Shown: positions 45,501-58,552 of the stretch, piece by piece
Numbering within the stretch: the first letter of the stretch is position 1
Layout: each line of letters starts with the position of its first letter
Assembly (NCBI GenBank): GCA_024346625.1
Contig: AP024665.1
Location: forward strand, 1,550,001 to 1,614,000
From: Williopsis jadinii
Lineage: Eukaryota
Length of the DNA stretch: 64,000 nucleotides
Reading direction: 5' to 3'
Position numbers and translations under genes: made by a program
The notes under the pieces: model-generated
The model's input: the letters and a program-made list of their open reading frames with translations, nothing else
What the model was told of the DNA's origin: nothing
Databases searched by the model: none

Positions 45501-46381
45501 ATGAGAATGTCAACTCTTCACAGGTTTAGCGTTTACAGCCTTGGCCATTGTGGAAACAACCATTAAACCGCTCAAGTTCGCTGTTTTGAGATGGAGGGAA
45601 TTTGCAATTGCAGAGAAGAGACCTAAATTGGCCAAAAGAGATAACCAAAATGTATGCTGTGATCTCCTCTATGACGATGAATTATTACAATACCAACAAA
45701 GTAACAGTTTCAGACTTGGAATTCCTTGTTCAATTGGATACAGGCTCAAGTGATTTATAACTGTAACGATTTTTTCAATCTTTACTGCGCCGCCAAATGG
45801 TGGTGGTACAGTTACTTTCTTATTCATAGAGGCCATCCTTGTGGAATTTATGGGGCCTTTGACATGGACCACCAAACCTTTGATACCCAAGATAACATTT
45901 TTGGGATTACACGGGTTACGAGTATCTTTGCTGAGTCACCAGGTCCAAACTATTTTAAGCATCAAGGTGCTTATCACTCATAGTGACCAGCTCTCCAACT
46001 ACTCGGGGAGACGTTTTTTTGATTAATACGTATGTCGTGTTTGCTTACGATAATATTCAAGTACAAGTGGCCCAATTAACAATAGCAACAACATCACAGC
46101 TGACTTCCAAATGGTGGGTGCCATCAAAGGGCGAAAATGGAAATTATAACAATGAAACCCTTATAAACAATGCTTCTGATAACAAATCCCTATCCTTAGA
46201 AGCAGTACATGGGGCCACCAAGACGATCCCGGTATTCCCATCCTATGCCCATGGATTTACAACATCTGAGCACTTGTCATCTGCTACAGCTTCACAACAA
46301 GTCAGTAGTACCAGTTCAGAGAATATTGCAGAAAGTGCCTTTGTTCTTTCGGCACACGAGGTGTCACTGCAGCCTCCTTGA
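45501..46381 (+). pseudogene. Heavily decayed yapsin, paralog of 34692-36185 (type B)
   Basis: Fragments in different frames: PLKFAVLR...PKLAKRD (cf. PMKFDALR...PKLSKRG), LDTGSSD at about 45734, GDVFLINTYVVF (cf. GDVFLQEVYVVF), GNYNNETL (cf. GGFNNETL) and ENIA (cf. KNIA). Most of the middle is deleted. Confidence 0.8.
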
Positions 46382-46542
46382 TGGTGGATATTGGTGAGAA
46401 TGAAGTTCAATTAAGAACATATACCCTCAATACCAAATAATACATTATTTCTACACTATTTTAACCAATTATCAATGTAGTAAACGGATGCTTATCAACA
46501 GTTGTCTGTATACAAAGGATTGGAGTCTTCGCTGTGTCATAA

Positions 46543-46627
46543 ACCATCCCAACACCGCAACATCCGGACATCAACAGGACTGCGAAAAAACGCCAAACAA
46601 AATTTTCTGAAGAGGTGAAAAGTTTTT
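46543..46627. promoter_or_regulatory. Ribosomal-protein promoter elements (Rap1-like sites, RRPE-like motif)
   Basis: ACCATCCCAACACC and AACATCCGGACAT (RPG-box-like), then TGAAAAGTTTT, upstream of RPL9. Confidence 0.5.
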
Positions 46628-46700
46628 TTTCCACTTTTTTCATTTTATTTCAACGAAAGCCACCTCAACAACATACAAAATACCCCCAAATTAGACAACA

Positions 46701-47276
46701 ATGAAGTACATCAGAACCGATCAATCCTTGGCCATTCCAGAGGGTGTTAAAGTCCAAATCAAGTCCAGACTTGTGACTGTTACTGGTCCAAGAGGTACCC
46801 TCTCTAAGAACTTGAGACACATTGATGTTACTTTCACCAAGGTCTCTAACAAGGAGATCAAGATCACCGTCCACAACGGTGACAGAAAGCACGTTGCTGC
46901 CTTGAGAACCGTCAAGTCTTTGATCGCCAACTTGATCACCGGTGTCACCAAGGGTTACAAGTACAAGATGAGATACGTCTATGCGCATTTCCCAATCAAC
47001 GTCAACACTATTGACAAGGATGGTGACAAGTACATCGAGATCAGAAACTTTTTGGGTGACAAGCAAGTTAGACTCGTTAAGGTGAGAGAAGGTGTTGATG
47101 TTGAGTTCTCCGCCAACCAAAAGGATGAGATTGTTCTCTCTGGTAACTCTGTTGAGGATGTCTCTCAGACTTGTGCTGATGTTCAACAGATCTGTCGTGT
47201 TAGAAACAAAGATATCAGAAAGTTCCTCGATGGTATCTATGTCTCTGAAAAGGGTACCATTGTTGAGGACGACTAA
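46701..47276 (+). CDS. RPL9: 60S ribosomal protein uL6 (L9)
   Basis: MKYIRT..., GYKYKMRYVYAHFPIN and KDIRKFLDGIYVS; strongly biased codon usage. Confidence 0.97.
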   Translation: MKYIRTDQSLAIPEGVKVQIKSRLVTVTGPRGTLSKNLRHIDVTFTKVSNKEIKITVHNGDRKHVAALRTVKSLIANLITGVTKGYKYKMRYVYAHFPINVNTIDKDGDKYIEIRNFLGDKQVRLVKVREGVDVEFSANQKDEIVLSGNSVEDVSQTCADVQQICRVRNKDIRKFLDGIYVSEKGTIVEDD

Positions 47277-47629
47277 GCGTCTTTTTGTTTACTAATGACC
47301 CCCTTTACGACTTGAATCTGCTTTTCTTCTGTTATATACATACATAGAACCATTCTTCATGGACTCCATTACAGCGTTCGACTAAATGCAGAACCCACAA
47401 TGGTCCAATACGATAAGTTTTCTCCGTAACCTTCATCTTTTCTCGTAACGTAGAGCTAGAAGTGTGTAATTGGTTCAGTTTGTCACTCCTTGGAAAGACT
47501 TAATGTGTGGCGAACAGGTGTTTGCCGCATAGCAAGTTTCTCCGGGTGAATTTTCGAGGAGCGATATCATTTCTCCTCATGCCTCATCGAAACCAAGGAG
47601 TACTATATCCCCGGCACATTGAATCCCCA

Positions 47630-48765
47630 ATGAGAAAGCCAAAAGTGCTATTCGTTGGTGATCTTGACGAGACTCTCGAGGAGTATCTTCGATTCAAGGA
47701 GCACTTTGAATGTATTGTAAGTTCATATAATGAATCCAAGACGTTGCCACGAAACTAACCAAATTGTTTCAGCATTACAAGTTGACGACAAGAGAGGAAC
47801 TCATCGATAAATTCCATTCAGAGTTTAACGACATCGTTGCCATATACGGAGCATGGCTTGGATTCCATCTTCTTGGCGGTATGAAAGGTGAATTGATTGA
47901 CCATCTTCCAGACACATTGCGAGTCATTGCGATATGTTCTGTTGGACATGAACAGTACGACCATGAGAAATTGGCAGCCAGAGGGATTCAGCTATACAAC
48001 ACACCATCACTTGGAGCCGAAGATGTTGGTGATACCGTCCTGTGGCACATCTTGGAGTCCTTCAGGTTCTTCAAAAGGTTTGAAACCAGGGCACACTCCA
48101 CTGGCCATGTCATAGAGGCAAGAAGACAACTGCAAACCAAAGGGTATGATCATTTGCAAGGCAAATTAGGCGTCGAGACAGACCAGTGGTTGAAAAACGC
48201 GTTCCCGTTCGGTGAATACGCTGGAGGACAGCTGGCACGTTCCCCGTTCAACAAGACGTGTGGTATCATAGGACTGGGGCGTATTGGTCAGTGTATTGCG
48301 AAAAGGGTCCAAGCCCTGGGTATGAGAGTCGTCTATACCCAGAGGAACGAGAACAAAGAGAGCCCATATACATATGAGCCGGAGCTAGAAGAGCTGTGCA
48401 AGCAGAGCGATGTCTTGGTCATCAGCTGCCCAGGTAATGATTCAACCAGGAACCTCGTTAGCCGAGACAAGATCGATCTGCTACCCCCAGGCTGTAAGGT
48501 GATCAATGTTGGACGTGGGTTCGTCATTGACGAATCGTACGTCATAGAACGGTTACAACAGGGCAAGATCGCGTGGATAGGCCTGGATGTCTATACACAC
48601 GAACCAGCGATTGATCCAAGGCTCCTGAACAGATGCGACGTGAGCCTTACGCCGCACATGGCATCGAGCACCAAGGAGAACTTCGATGCAACCGCACGCT
48701 ATGCGCTTGCAAACATTTGGAGTGTTGTCGTTGATGCAGTTGAAGGCAGATCCAAGGTGGTTTGA
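47630..48765 (+). CDS. D-isomer-specific 2-hydroxyacid dehydrogenase (YGL185C/YPL113C-like); exons 47630-47716 and 47773-48765
   Basis: GIIGLGRIG, INVGRG, LDVYTHEP and TPHMAS motifs. Intron 47717-47772 (GTAAGT...AACTAAC...CAG) joins MRKPKVLF...FECI to HYKLTT in frame. Confidence 0.88.
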
Positions 48766-49359
48766 AACAGAAACAAGCTCATTGGATGGCGGAAGGGAAG
48801 TTCCTTTCCACCACGTTGGCAGTGTATAGAGTGCTGTTGAAGTGTGTGTGCAATGTAAACAACGGTGTCTGGATGTTTATGTAATCTGAGAAATAGGGTT
48901 AGAGTTTATCGCACTCCGGCCAATCACAGACCCCGGCGTTATCTTTTGTATTTTTTCCCTAGAGTTTAAACCCCAACACCACAGAAAAGTTGGACCCGAC
49001 TCCCGGAATTAATTTAGCCGTCAAAGCGTAGCGCACAGGTCCGGGGTTGTGCGCCAAACACGAAATGCTTTACATTTCGCGCGTCTCGAACAGACCAGGA
49101 GCTTGTCCCACCCGCTGTTTTTAGCAGAGGACCCGGTTGTTTCCCCTTTCTGTCCCGTGTACGTTGCTTTGAGCTCGGCCTCCCCCACGCTCAAGCATGA
49201 GGACGAGTGATGCGGTTAGTACAACTCTAAAGAGCCAATTGAGTAACCGGTACATATGTACATTGAGGCATTTGTCCGGGGAAATGTTGAGCTTTTTCCC
49301 TTGTCATTTGATGTCATCTGTTGTGCCTCTTGTTCCCCCATGAGGGCAAAAAATTCTAG

Positions 49360-50505
<1,146 letters not shown>

Positions 50506-50714
50506 CTTCAACGTCAACATATTCGGTTATAGTTTTAAATCACCAAATAGCATGCATTTATAACACTTTAGTGATGTTTCATTCCAGTGAATGACCATGT
50601 AGACAATAAATAAGAAATGAGATAAATAGAGGGGACATGATAAAAGAACCCCAATAAATAATAAATAGTGGATGCAGATAAATAAATAAATACGTCAATG
50701 CTGGGGTTAATTGA

Positions 50715-52853
50715 TCAACTCATAATCCCTTCAATGACACCAGAAGGAACGTTATAACGGTCACATTGAGAAAGTGCCCATTTCAAACGTTCGTTCATAA
50801 CGATAGACCCCCTGTTGCAAAGTTTTGTTCTCTCCACACACTGCTTCAATACGAGTATACACAACGTCTTTTGATCCATCTTGTGGTTTCTCTTCAACTG
50901 CTTCAAGCCGAACCGTAGAGTACGGTCCATGTAGAGTCTTGAGTTATCTAAAAGTCTGTTGTACGTCTCAACTTGAAGTTTTTCATTGCTGGATTGACAC
51001 TCCGTTGATCTTGTTAATTGCATCGGTTCAGAGATTGCCAGATGGTTGTTTAACATTAATTTCGAGGTTTCATTTGGATAACTCTCCAAGAATTCCTGAG
51101 CCTTTGGCAGATGATCCTTTTTTAGAAGACAATGCACATATTTTGGATGTAAAGAGTTATAGTCAGTTGAATCCAACTCTCCAAACAGGTACTTGATATC
51201 AGTAAATGACAAGTGTAAATCAATAACTTTACACAATGCACTCTTCTCTGCACGTGTCCGGAATCTTCTCTGTTGGATCAATGATTTAACAACAAGAACA
51301 GATTTACAACGTTTGATAAATGATAAGTAGGCAGATGCACTTGGTCCAGATATTCTTTGCAAAAGGGAAGCTTGTGCTTCTAGCGGCAGAGTTGACAAGA
51401 ACGAACAAAGCGTTTCGAAGGTTGCATCTGAAAGTTTGTAATTACAACATTTCAATAGCCACTCAACCTGCGGTAATTGTGATTCTGGAGATACGACTTC
51501 TTTGCATCTCTTCATATCCGAATATATTCTCTTTAAACCAAGGTCTAAAAAGATGTTTCGAGTAGAAGGTGTCATATTTCTCAACATCTCTCCACAGAGT
51601 ACCTGATCCTTCGTAACCAGTACAAGTGATATTAGCGGCGAAACACCCCAATGCGCTACATCTTGAATATAACGTCTGACGTGTTGCTTTGCTGATAACA
51701 GCTTCCCCGACTTTATCAGCTTTGATAGATAGATAGATTGAAGTTCATGTTTCAACTTTGGAGAGGAGGTTGTTTCGAAACAAGTTTTGAAGAATTTTGG
51801 CTTAGATTTCATACGTCTCCAGGTGTCCTTGTCCAGCATTCCAAAGTTTGTAGTATTCTTCAGGATCTGTAGTGAAATGGTTTCATCTATAGGAGATGAA
51901 ATAGAAGCTATGACCCTGTTGAAAAGTCCATCTTCTTTAATCAACCCTGTTCCATTCATGTGTTCTAAAGCCTCTGTATTTGAACCTTGTTCGAACAGCT
52001 TCTTCACCAGGGCTAAGTCAACGTAGTCATACCCCGTGGTCCAGTACTGTTGCGGTAAAACTGTAACGTCATCACAGTGTTCTATCACAGTTGCCAGTTG
52101 AATATATCTTAAAACATCGAGAAACATTGGATGCTTGAAATGCAAATCTCTTAGAACAGCGCCATTGTTTGTCAAAGAGGTGAAACAAAACTTGAACAGT
52201 TTCATATCCCCTTCACAGGTCTTGTACAAAGAGCGACATAGATCCATGAAACCCAAGGACAAATCATAATCCTTCTTCAGAGAATCAAAGATAGCTGCAT
52301 TCAGCTTGTGAATCAGTGAAACGTCTTGGAATCTGTTGAGAAGAACACTATGGACAAGAACACTGGCTCTGTTGTAATCTCTATGAACGATGTAGTACTT
52401 GACGAGTTTCACCATGGTTCTATCATCCAGCACCTCCAACGCCTCCACAGCACTACCGACTCCAAAATCTTTCTCCAGTACGTTATCTATATTCGCTAAT
52501 GAGACACGTAGCGGTTCCTTGAAGTCCAACATCAGATCCAACCTCACATGGGGATCACTGCATTTCTTCATCTTATGCCTTAGCGCTTGGGGCAGTTGGC
52601 CCAACGACGTTCTCTTTGTAACCCTCGGCCCACTCGAGCGCAACACTCTCTCCAGGGACTCCAACGACGACGCCATTGGACGTGGCGGTTGATGTACCGC
52701 CGCGGCTATTGAGTTATGTGGATGAATCAGGGGAGGATTGGGCAGAGAAATTGATGAGTTCAAACTCAACTCTCCAAAATGGTAGAGCTTACGCCGTGAC
52801 TGAGATTTCCACTGCTTCAGGATACGGAGACCCATTACAGATCTTCTCAACAT
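50715..52853 (-). CDS. Uncharacterised ~712 aa helical protein, probably mitochondrial
   Basis: Long uninterrupted ORF; the first ATG gives a basic, acid-free N-terminus MLRRSVMGLRILKQWKSQSRRKLYH; Leu/Lys-rich with no recognised motif. Confidence 0.65.
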   Translation of the reverse strand: MLRRSVMGLRILKQWKSQSRRKLYHFGELSLNSSISLPNPPLIHPHNSIAAAVHQPPRPMASSLESLERVLRSSGPRVTKRTSLGQLPQALRHKMKKCSDPHVRLDLMLDFKEPLRVSLANIDNVLEKDFGVGSAVEALEVLDDRTMVKLVKYYIVHRDYNRASVLVHSVLLNRFQDVSLIHKLNAAIFDSLKKDYDLSLGFMDLCRSLYKTCEGDMKLFKFCFTSLTNNGAVLRDLHFKHPMFLDVLRYIQLATVIEHCDDVTVLPQQYWTTGYDYVDLALVKKLFEQGSNTEALEHMNGTGLIKEDGLFNRVIASISSPIDETISLQILKNTTNFGMLDKDTWRRMKSKPKFFKTCFETTSSPKLKHELQSIYLSKLIKSGKLLSAKQHVRRYIQDVAHWGVSPLISLVLVTKDQVLCGEMLRNMTPSTRNIFLDLGLKRIYSDMKRCKEVVSPESQLPQVEWLLKCCNYKLSDATFETLCSFLSTLPLEAQASLLQRISGPSASAYLSFIKRCKSVLVVKSLIQQRRFRTRAEKSALCKVIDLHLSFTDIKYLFGELDSTDYNSLHPKYVHCLLKKDHLPKAQEFLESYPNETSKLMLNNHLAISEPMQLTRSTECQSSNEKLQVETYNRLLDNSRLYMDRTLRFGLKQLKRNHKMDQKTLCILVLKQCVERTKLCNRGSIVMNERLKWALSQCDRYNVPSGVIEGIMS

Positions 52854-54798
52854 AGCGGGAAAGTTTTCGGTTCCGCCGCTTTGTTTGGCCTTTATTGTTG
52901 TTGTTGATTTTGACAGAGCTTTGTGATCTTTTTGTGTGGGAGAAATCCCCCTTGTCCCGTTTGTTGAAATGGGCGAGACATTCTTTTCTCTCTCTGGTTG
53001 TGGTGTCTGGGTGTATGCGGTCCCCACCGAAGTTTGGGCTCTTCTTATGTAATACTGTCAATCACTGCTTGGTTCATCAGCAGAGTGTTGTGTTAGTTGT
53101 AGAGGCCGTGTTCTGTTTGGCTTTCTGGGATATGAAGTATCCCATGGTGAGTCACTGATTCAATGGTACTGTCTTGTGTTCCCCCAGGGTGTTTGTTGGT
53201 GCGGTTTTAGGAGTGTGCGTAGTATTGATCCAAGCGCATGGTCGTATGAGTAAGCGAAGGATATTCTTTTACAATGATTTATAGCGTTGTTTGGTGTGAC
53301 AGTTCAAACTTGGTTAATAGGGAGTGTATAGGGAAGAAGATGATATAGTTACATTAGATATGATGTACATAGATATACGTTGCCTTAGATGGTTTACTCT
53401 AAGGATCGGTTGATACGTAAGAACCTCATTATGGATACAAAGGATGGTGTTCTTGTACATGGTTGAATGCCCTTTGAAACTCTTACACACCCGAATGAGG
53501 AATATAGTCGTAATCGTGTTTGGCTATACACATCTTCCTATGTCAATTGAAACATGGATACCATCTCCTGTAGATCTAGTGATATCTTTTGGAGTTTCGA
53601 AACCTTACAACTCACTCAATTAAACAGCAATCGAAGCTACTCTCTACAATGGAATTAATCAGCTATTGTTGAAATGGGAATAACACCCAAAATGTTCTGT
53701 GGTATGTTGTTGATGTATGTATACCTCCAATTGCATATCAACCAGGTCCGAGTTCTGCACCGAATTATGTATCAAATCCAAGTCTTGTAGTTAAGTAAAC
53801 GGAAATATGAACATTCATAGTCTCTTCTTCCCAGTTTATAATCTTTAATTGAAGACTCAGTAGTCTCAGCTTGGTGAAGTACTTTATGCGCACAATTTAC
53901 AACTGATTAGATGCTTTTAAAAGTATTTGGTTCATACTCGAGTCTGATTTGAGGACTCTATTAGATATTTACACCTCACTAAGCAGTTCCTAAAACTGGT
54001 ACAGGTGGTTATGCTGTCGTTACTTCTTTAGTATCTTGATTATCTGAGGAACCTCAACCTTCTGGGACTGATCCAAATAATTGTCGCTGGATGTTTGGCT
54101 ACAATCATTGCTCAACCAAGTGAAATTGCTCGACCGCATGAGCACTCCGAAACTTGAATTGTCACCGTTAACAGACCAGCAGTTCGCAATATTAGACTTG
54201 AAGTATTTTGAGATTCAGGAAAGCTACAAAGATCTTCTATCACTGATTAGACAATACCCTCTTCAATTGGATAGTTTGGTTCAAGACATCAATGTGCTCT
54301 TTACGATCCACACAGGACCCTCAAATGTTCCTGTATGGCTCTCAACTAAACTAAATAGCTCCATCAAGTCAAGAACTCTTATGGTATATGCTTTTGAACG
54401 AAACACCGCTCGTAATTACAGGGCAATCAGCATCGTATCGGTGTATGTAGCTATACGTTACGGAGTAATCGTGTTTTTATCGGCGTTATCTCAGCACCAG
54501 GGCTGACTAATTGCGGAGATAAAGTATTAGGACTCGGTCATCGCTTCTTAAGCTACTTCAAGGCACTTTTTTTATGCAAAATGACTGTTTGTTTATTGCT
54601 TTTCGTTCTTCTCCAAGAAGCCCATACTTTGTATATATCAAGAGAGAAAAGCCTTCAATTGTTACTTTCCATCTCTCCAACCAGTCCCTCAATTGGTCTT
54701 GTACCACTTGGTTAGTTAGAACACTCACCAAGGTAATCTGCTTTAGATCTTACATCTTGTGCTGAAAAGTTTATACAGTTCCACCTGACACTCAAGAG

Positions 54799-56334
54799 AT
54801 GACGTCTGACAGTACGGATGTCGATCTCGAAAGGGTATACTCTATCCAGCCTGATGAAGCGGACCTTAGGACCATAAATTCGTGTGCATCAAAGTCTGTT
54901 CAAAATAACGATGTTGAAGAGTCTGTGGACCCATACGAGGTGAAGTTTGACGGCTTTGATGATATTGAAAATACCAATGCCACAATGTCCACATGGCGTA
55001 AATGGTTCATCGTCATTATCATTGCTACGACGTCTATATGTGTGACGATGATCTCATCAGCGTGGGCTTTAGCGTCACAGAATATCATGGACGCCATGGA
55101 TATCTCGAGAGAAGTCTCTGTGCTGGGTATATCCATGTACATCTGGGGGCTTGGATTTGGCCCTCTGTTTCTGTCCCCAATCAGCGAGTTTTATGGAAGA
55201 AAGATAACCTTTGTATTTGGATTATCACTGTGTACATGTTTTGAGTTCTTAACAGAGTTCTCACCAAACTACGGAGGCATGCTGTTTGGAAGGTTCATGT
55301 CAGGGTTTTTTGGTAGTTGTTTCTTATCTATTGCTGGTGGTACAATTACTGACATATTCAAGAAGCACGAGATTGGCGTGCCTATGTGCATCTATTCATT
55401 AGCACCATTTATGGGACCTTCTTTAGGGCCCTTGGTGTCTGGGTTCGTCAACGCACATATCCATTGGAGATGGACATTTCACATCCTTACGATTTTCAGT
55501 GGAGTAATGCTTATGTTTGTCATCTTCTGTCTTCCGGAGACCTATGTTCCAATCTTACTGGTTCGTAAGGCCAAGAGAATCCGGGAAAAGACAGGCGATG
55601 ATAAGTACTATGCACCATTGGAGAAATTCAGGAAACATTCCTTGATCGTCACATGTCTCCAGGCTCCCAAGAGGCCCCTGTTACTCTTATTAAGAGACCC
55701 AATGATGGCAGTCCTGTGCTCCTACACTGGGCTGGCACTTGGTATCGTCTACCTGTTTTTTGTCGCATTCCCTTACATCTTCCGCACAGTCTACGGGTTT
55801 GGCATATGGCAGCAGGGCTTGACCTTCATGGGTATGCTGATTGGAATGATAGTTGGCGGGTCCTTTGCACCATATTTCCAGAAAGTGTACAACAGCAGGG
55901 TTCAATCGCATGGCGGTGAGGATATACCAGAGTTCAGATTCTACCCTCTGATGTGTGGTGTTATTGTCGTCCCCATGGGACTGTTCATCATAGCTTGGAC
56001 CAGCTACTCCGACCTACCTTGGATTGCACCCATAATCGGCTCAGGGGTATTTGGCTCAGGTGTTGCGCTCTCATTCCAAGGTGTCTTCGCCTACACCGGT
56101 GATGCCTACAGGCTGTACGCTGCGAGCGCACTTGCAGGCAATTCGCTCGTCAGAAGCACCGCCAGTGGCATCTTCCCATTGTTCGGAGTCCAGATGATGG
56201 AAGGCCTAGGCGTCCACTGGGGTGTATCACTGCTTGCATTCGTAGCTATTGCCATGATCCCAGCTCCTTTCTACTTCTACAGAGACGGCGCAAGACTTCG
56301 TGCACGCAGTCCGTATGCGTGGAACACAGATTAG
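54799..56334 (+). CDS. YHK8: MFS drug:H+ antiporter (DHA1), Yhk8-like
   Basis: About 12 TM segments; WRKW, SPISEFYGRK, PETY and PEFR motifs. Precedes COX6 and CIC1 as YHR048W does. Confidence 0.75.
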   Translation: MTSDSTDVDLERVYSIQPDEADLRTINSCASKSVQNNDVEESVDPYEVKFDGFDDIENTNATMSTWRKWFIVIIIATTSICVTMISSAWALASQNIMDAMDISREVSVLGISMYIWGLGFGPLFLSPISEFYGRKITFVFGLSLCTCFEFLTEFSPNYGGMLFGRFMSGFFGSCFLSIAGGTITDIFKKHEIGVPMCIYSLAPFMGPSLGPLVSGFVNAHIHWRWTFHILTIFSGVMLMFVIFCLPETYVPILLVRKAKRIREKTGDDKYYAPLEKFRKHSLIVTCLQAPKRPLLLLLRDPMMAVLCSYTGLALGIVYLFFVAFPYIFRTVYGFGIWQQGLTFMGMLIGMIVGGSFAPYFQKVYNSRVQSHGGEDIPEFRFYPLMCGVIVVPMGLFIIAWTSYSDLPWIAPIIGSGVFGSGVALSFQGVFAYTGDAYRLYAASALAGNSLVRSTASGIFPLFGVQMMEGLGVHWGVSLLAFVAIAMIPAPFYFYRDGARLRARSPYAWNTD

Positions 56335-56675
56335 ACTTTGATATACGTCTTCATTACGTAATATATTACATAATGCATTACATAACTAATTACATAATCA
56401 TCAAACCACTTTTTCTGTTTTCCCTTTAAATCTGTCCAGTTCGCGATTCCAACCAATCACAGCGAGACATTTAGTTGTTTTTTCCCAGCTGAACTTGAAT
56501 TTTTTCATACGCCGTTTGGCAGCGTTTTCGTGGTTTTCTCCCGTTGGAGGCCAGAAGGACACAACCAAACACACACAGCGCACAGGAGGAGGGGGCCCGC
56601 TCACGTCTCCACGGGCTGAACAGAAAAAACACACAGCAGCGCAGAGGCACGGGGAGCGCACACGTTAAAAATTTC

Positions 56676-56710
56676 AGCGTAGGCAGAGCGTAGGCAGAGC
56701 GTAGGCAGAG
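56676..56710. repeat. (AGCGTAGGCAG)x3 in the COX6 promoter; each unit gives TCTGCCTA on the minus strand
   Basis: Exact 11-bp tandem repeat flanked by AAAAATTTCA and AAAATTTTT; CCAATCA at 56453. Confidence 0.85.
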
Positions 56711-56916
56711 AGGCTCTAAAATTTTTAGACAGAAGGAAGAAATGCGTAGGCTGGGAAGGACAAATAAAAACCACGATAATTAATGAGGAACAAGGAAAAA
56801 AAAACCATCACTGAATGGACCCACTTTTTTTTTCTTCCCTTTTCCCTCTTGTTGATACTTTTTTTCTCCCTTTGCTTAATAACACCACCTAAAACATAAG
56901 ATCACCAGTGTTTACA

Positions 56917-57372
56917 ATGTTGTCCAGATTTGCCTTGAGAGTTCCAGTTGCTCGTGCTGCTTCTATTGCCTTGCCAACCTCCCGTATCGTTGCCGCCAAC
57001 GCTTTCAAGCTCAACGGTGTTAGAAACTACTCTGCTCACCACGAGGAGACCTTTGAGGAGTTCACTGCCAGATTCGAGAAGGAGTTCGAACAGGCCTACG
57101 ACTTGTTCGAGGTGCAACGTATCTTGAACAATGCCTTCTCTTACGATTTGGTTCCATCTCCAACTGTGATTGAACAAGCCTTGAGAGCTGCCAGAAGAGT
57201 CAACGACTATGCTACTGCTGTTAGAGTCTTTGAGGGTTTGAAATACAAGGTTGAGACCATCGACCAGTACAACGCTTACTTGGAGGAGTTGAAGGATGTC
57301 AGAGAGGAGTTGGGTCTTACTTTGAAGGAGGATTTGTTCCCAGAGTTGGCCAACGAGAAGCACGTTAACTAA
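56917..57372 (+). CDS. COX6: Cytochrome c oxidase subunit VI (Va)
   Basis: Presequence MLSRFALR; HEETFEEFTARFEKEF, YDLVPSP and ALRAARRVNDYATAVR. Confidence 0.96.
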   Translation: MLSRFALRVPVARAASIALPTSRIVAANAFKLNGVRNYSAHHEETFEEFTARFEKEFEQAYDLFEVQRILNNAFSYDLVPSPTVIEQALRAARRVNDYATAVRVFEGLKYKVETIDQYNAYLEELKDVREELGLTLKEDLFPELANEKHVN

Positions 57373-57923
57373 GATGCGTGCAACTTTTCAAGTTGAGGCG
57401 TTGTGTTCATGAGGGAGATAGAAAGAAGCAGAGAAGGGGGAAATCATATTCTGAGTCTGAGTGCATGCGCTTTGTGGTGTTTATATCTATATATCTATCG
57501 GATGATTGTTAATTGAAGAGGAAAAAAGGACAAGGATGACGTTTGATCATTACTCCCATACAGCACAGAAGATCCATATGATATGGGTTTCATACAGGAA
57601 GAGAAGGGACAGAGTGTACAATTCCTTGTGCTTTTTGATCGTTATTATCAGTCATATTGGGAAAAAGGAAACAACAAAATGCATTTTCATATACCATTTC
57701 TCCTTGTCTCTGCTTGTCTAGATATATTACTAGTGATGCATCATCATCGCACTGCGCATGTCCTTGTTCGCACAATTCTTTTATTTCACTTGTCTACACT
57801 TCTATGTCTTTATTATATTCAACGATTCTTTATAAACAGATAACAATTCAGATTATATTTATTATACAATCAATCGTAATTATATGCATCAGCTGCTCCT
57901 CCTCCCTTCCGTCACGTCCATGT

Positions 57924-58394
57924 CTAATCACTGTAGTTCCCATCCTCTTCTTCTTCATCATCTTCGATGAACCCATCGTCCGTAGTGTTAGTCTTAGCGG
58001 TCTTCGAGCTATTGCCTCTCCCGGCAGAATGTACTCTGTCCTCATCGTCGTATTCGTCCTCGTCGTCCTCGTCGTCGCCTCCATTATGATGATCTTCGTT
58101 AACAGCCTCTGCAGCGTCAAACCAGTCCGTATACACATCCACAGGCTTACTCAGCGCGTTGATAGGAGTCTGGAACTTTTGTCCACAGATCTTACAGTAT
58201 AGGAACCCCAGGTTATTCTTCTTGTCCAGTGTACATATGATTGACTTCTCATGATTACAGAACAGGCAGTTGAACTGCGTGTCAAGCTTCTGAACAACTC
58301 TTTTCACCGGTTTGGCGGACGATTTCTTTCTACCCTACAACTAGCACATTAGTAAACCCCTAGAGCTTCCATGAGACCCACTTGTACTAACCAT
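57924..58394 (-). CDS. ELF1: Transcription elongation factor Elf1; exons 58394-58392 (ATG only) and 58334-57924
   Basis: [14 protein letters not shown]...CKICGQ...DVYTDWFDA zinc ribbon and acidic tail. Intron 58391-58335 (GTTAGT...TACTAAT...TAG) yields [10 protein letters not shown]. Confidence 0.93.
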
Positions 58395-58552
58395 TTACCC
58401 CCAAATTAGTAGAGAATTAACACTAGATCTTGTATACAAACTGAGAGAAGTTGTCCTTCACCTTTATGTCTGGAATTTGTGCAAGCGAGGCGCTCAAGAC
58501 AGGGTAATACTTTCAGTCGCGTATGCTTCCCTTTTCGGACACCCACACCGGG

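Noticed and set aside
53940..54506. Leu-rich 141 aa ORF, possibly an LRR gene remnant
   Set aside because: Non-ATG start and no convincing motif; cannot be supported without a database search.
57657..58202. Hydrophobic 181 aa ORF, and other antisense ORFs such as 23101-23739, 46665-47186, 56902-57363 and 58494-59156
   Set aside because: Antisense shadows of real genes (ELF1, RRM3, RPL9, COX6, CIC1) produced by codon bias and low complexity.
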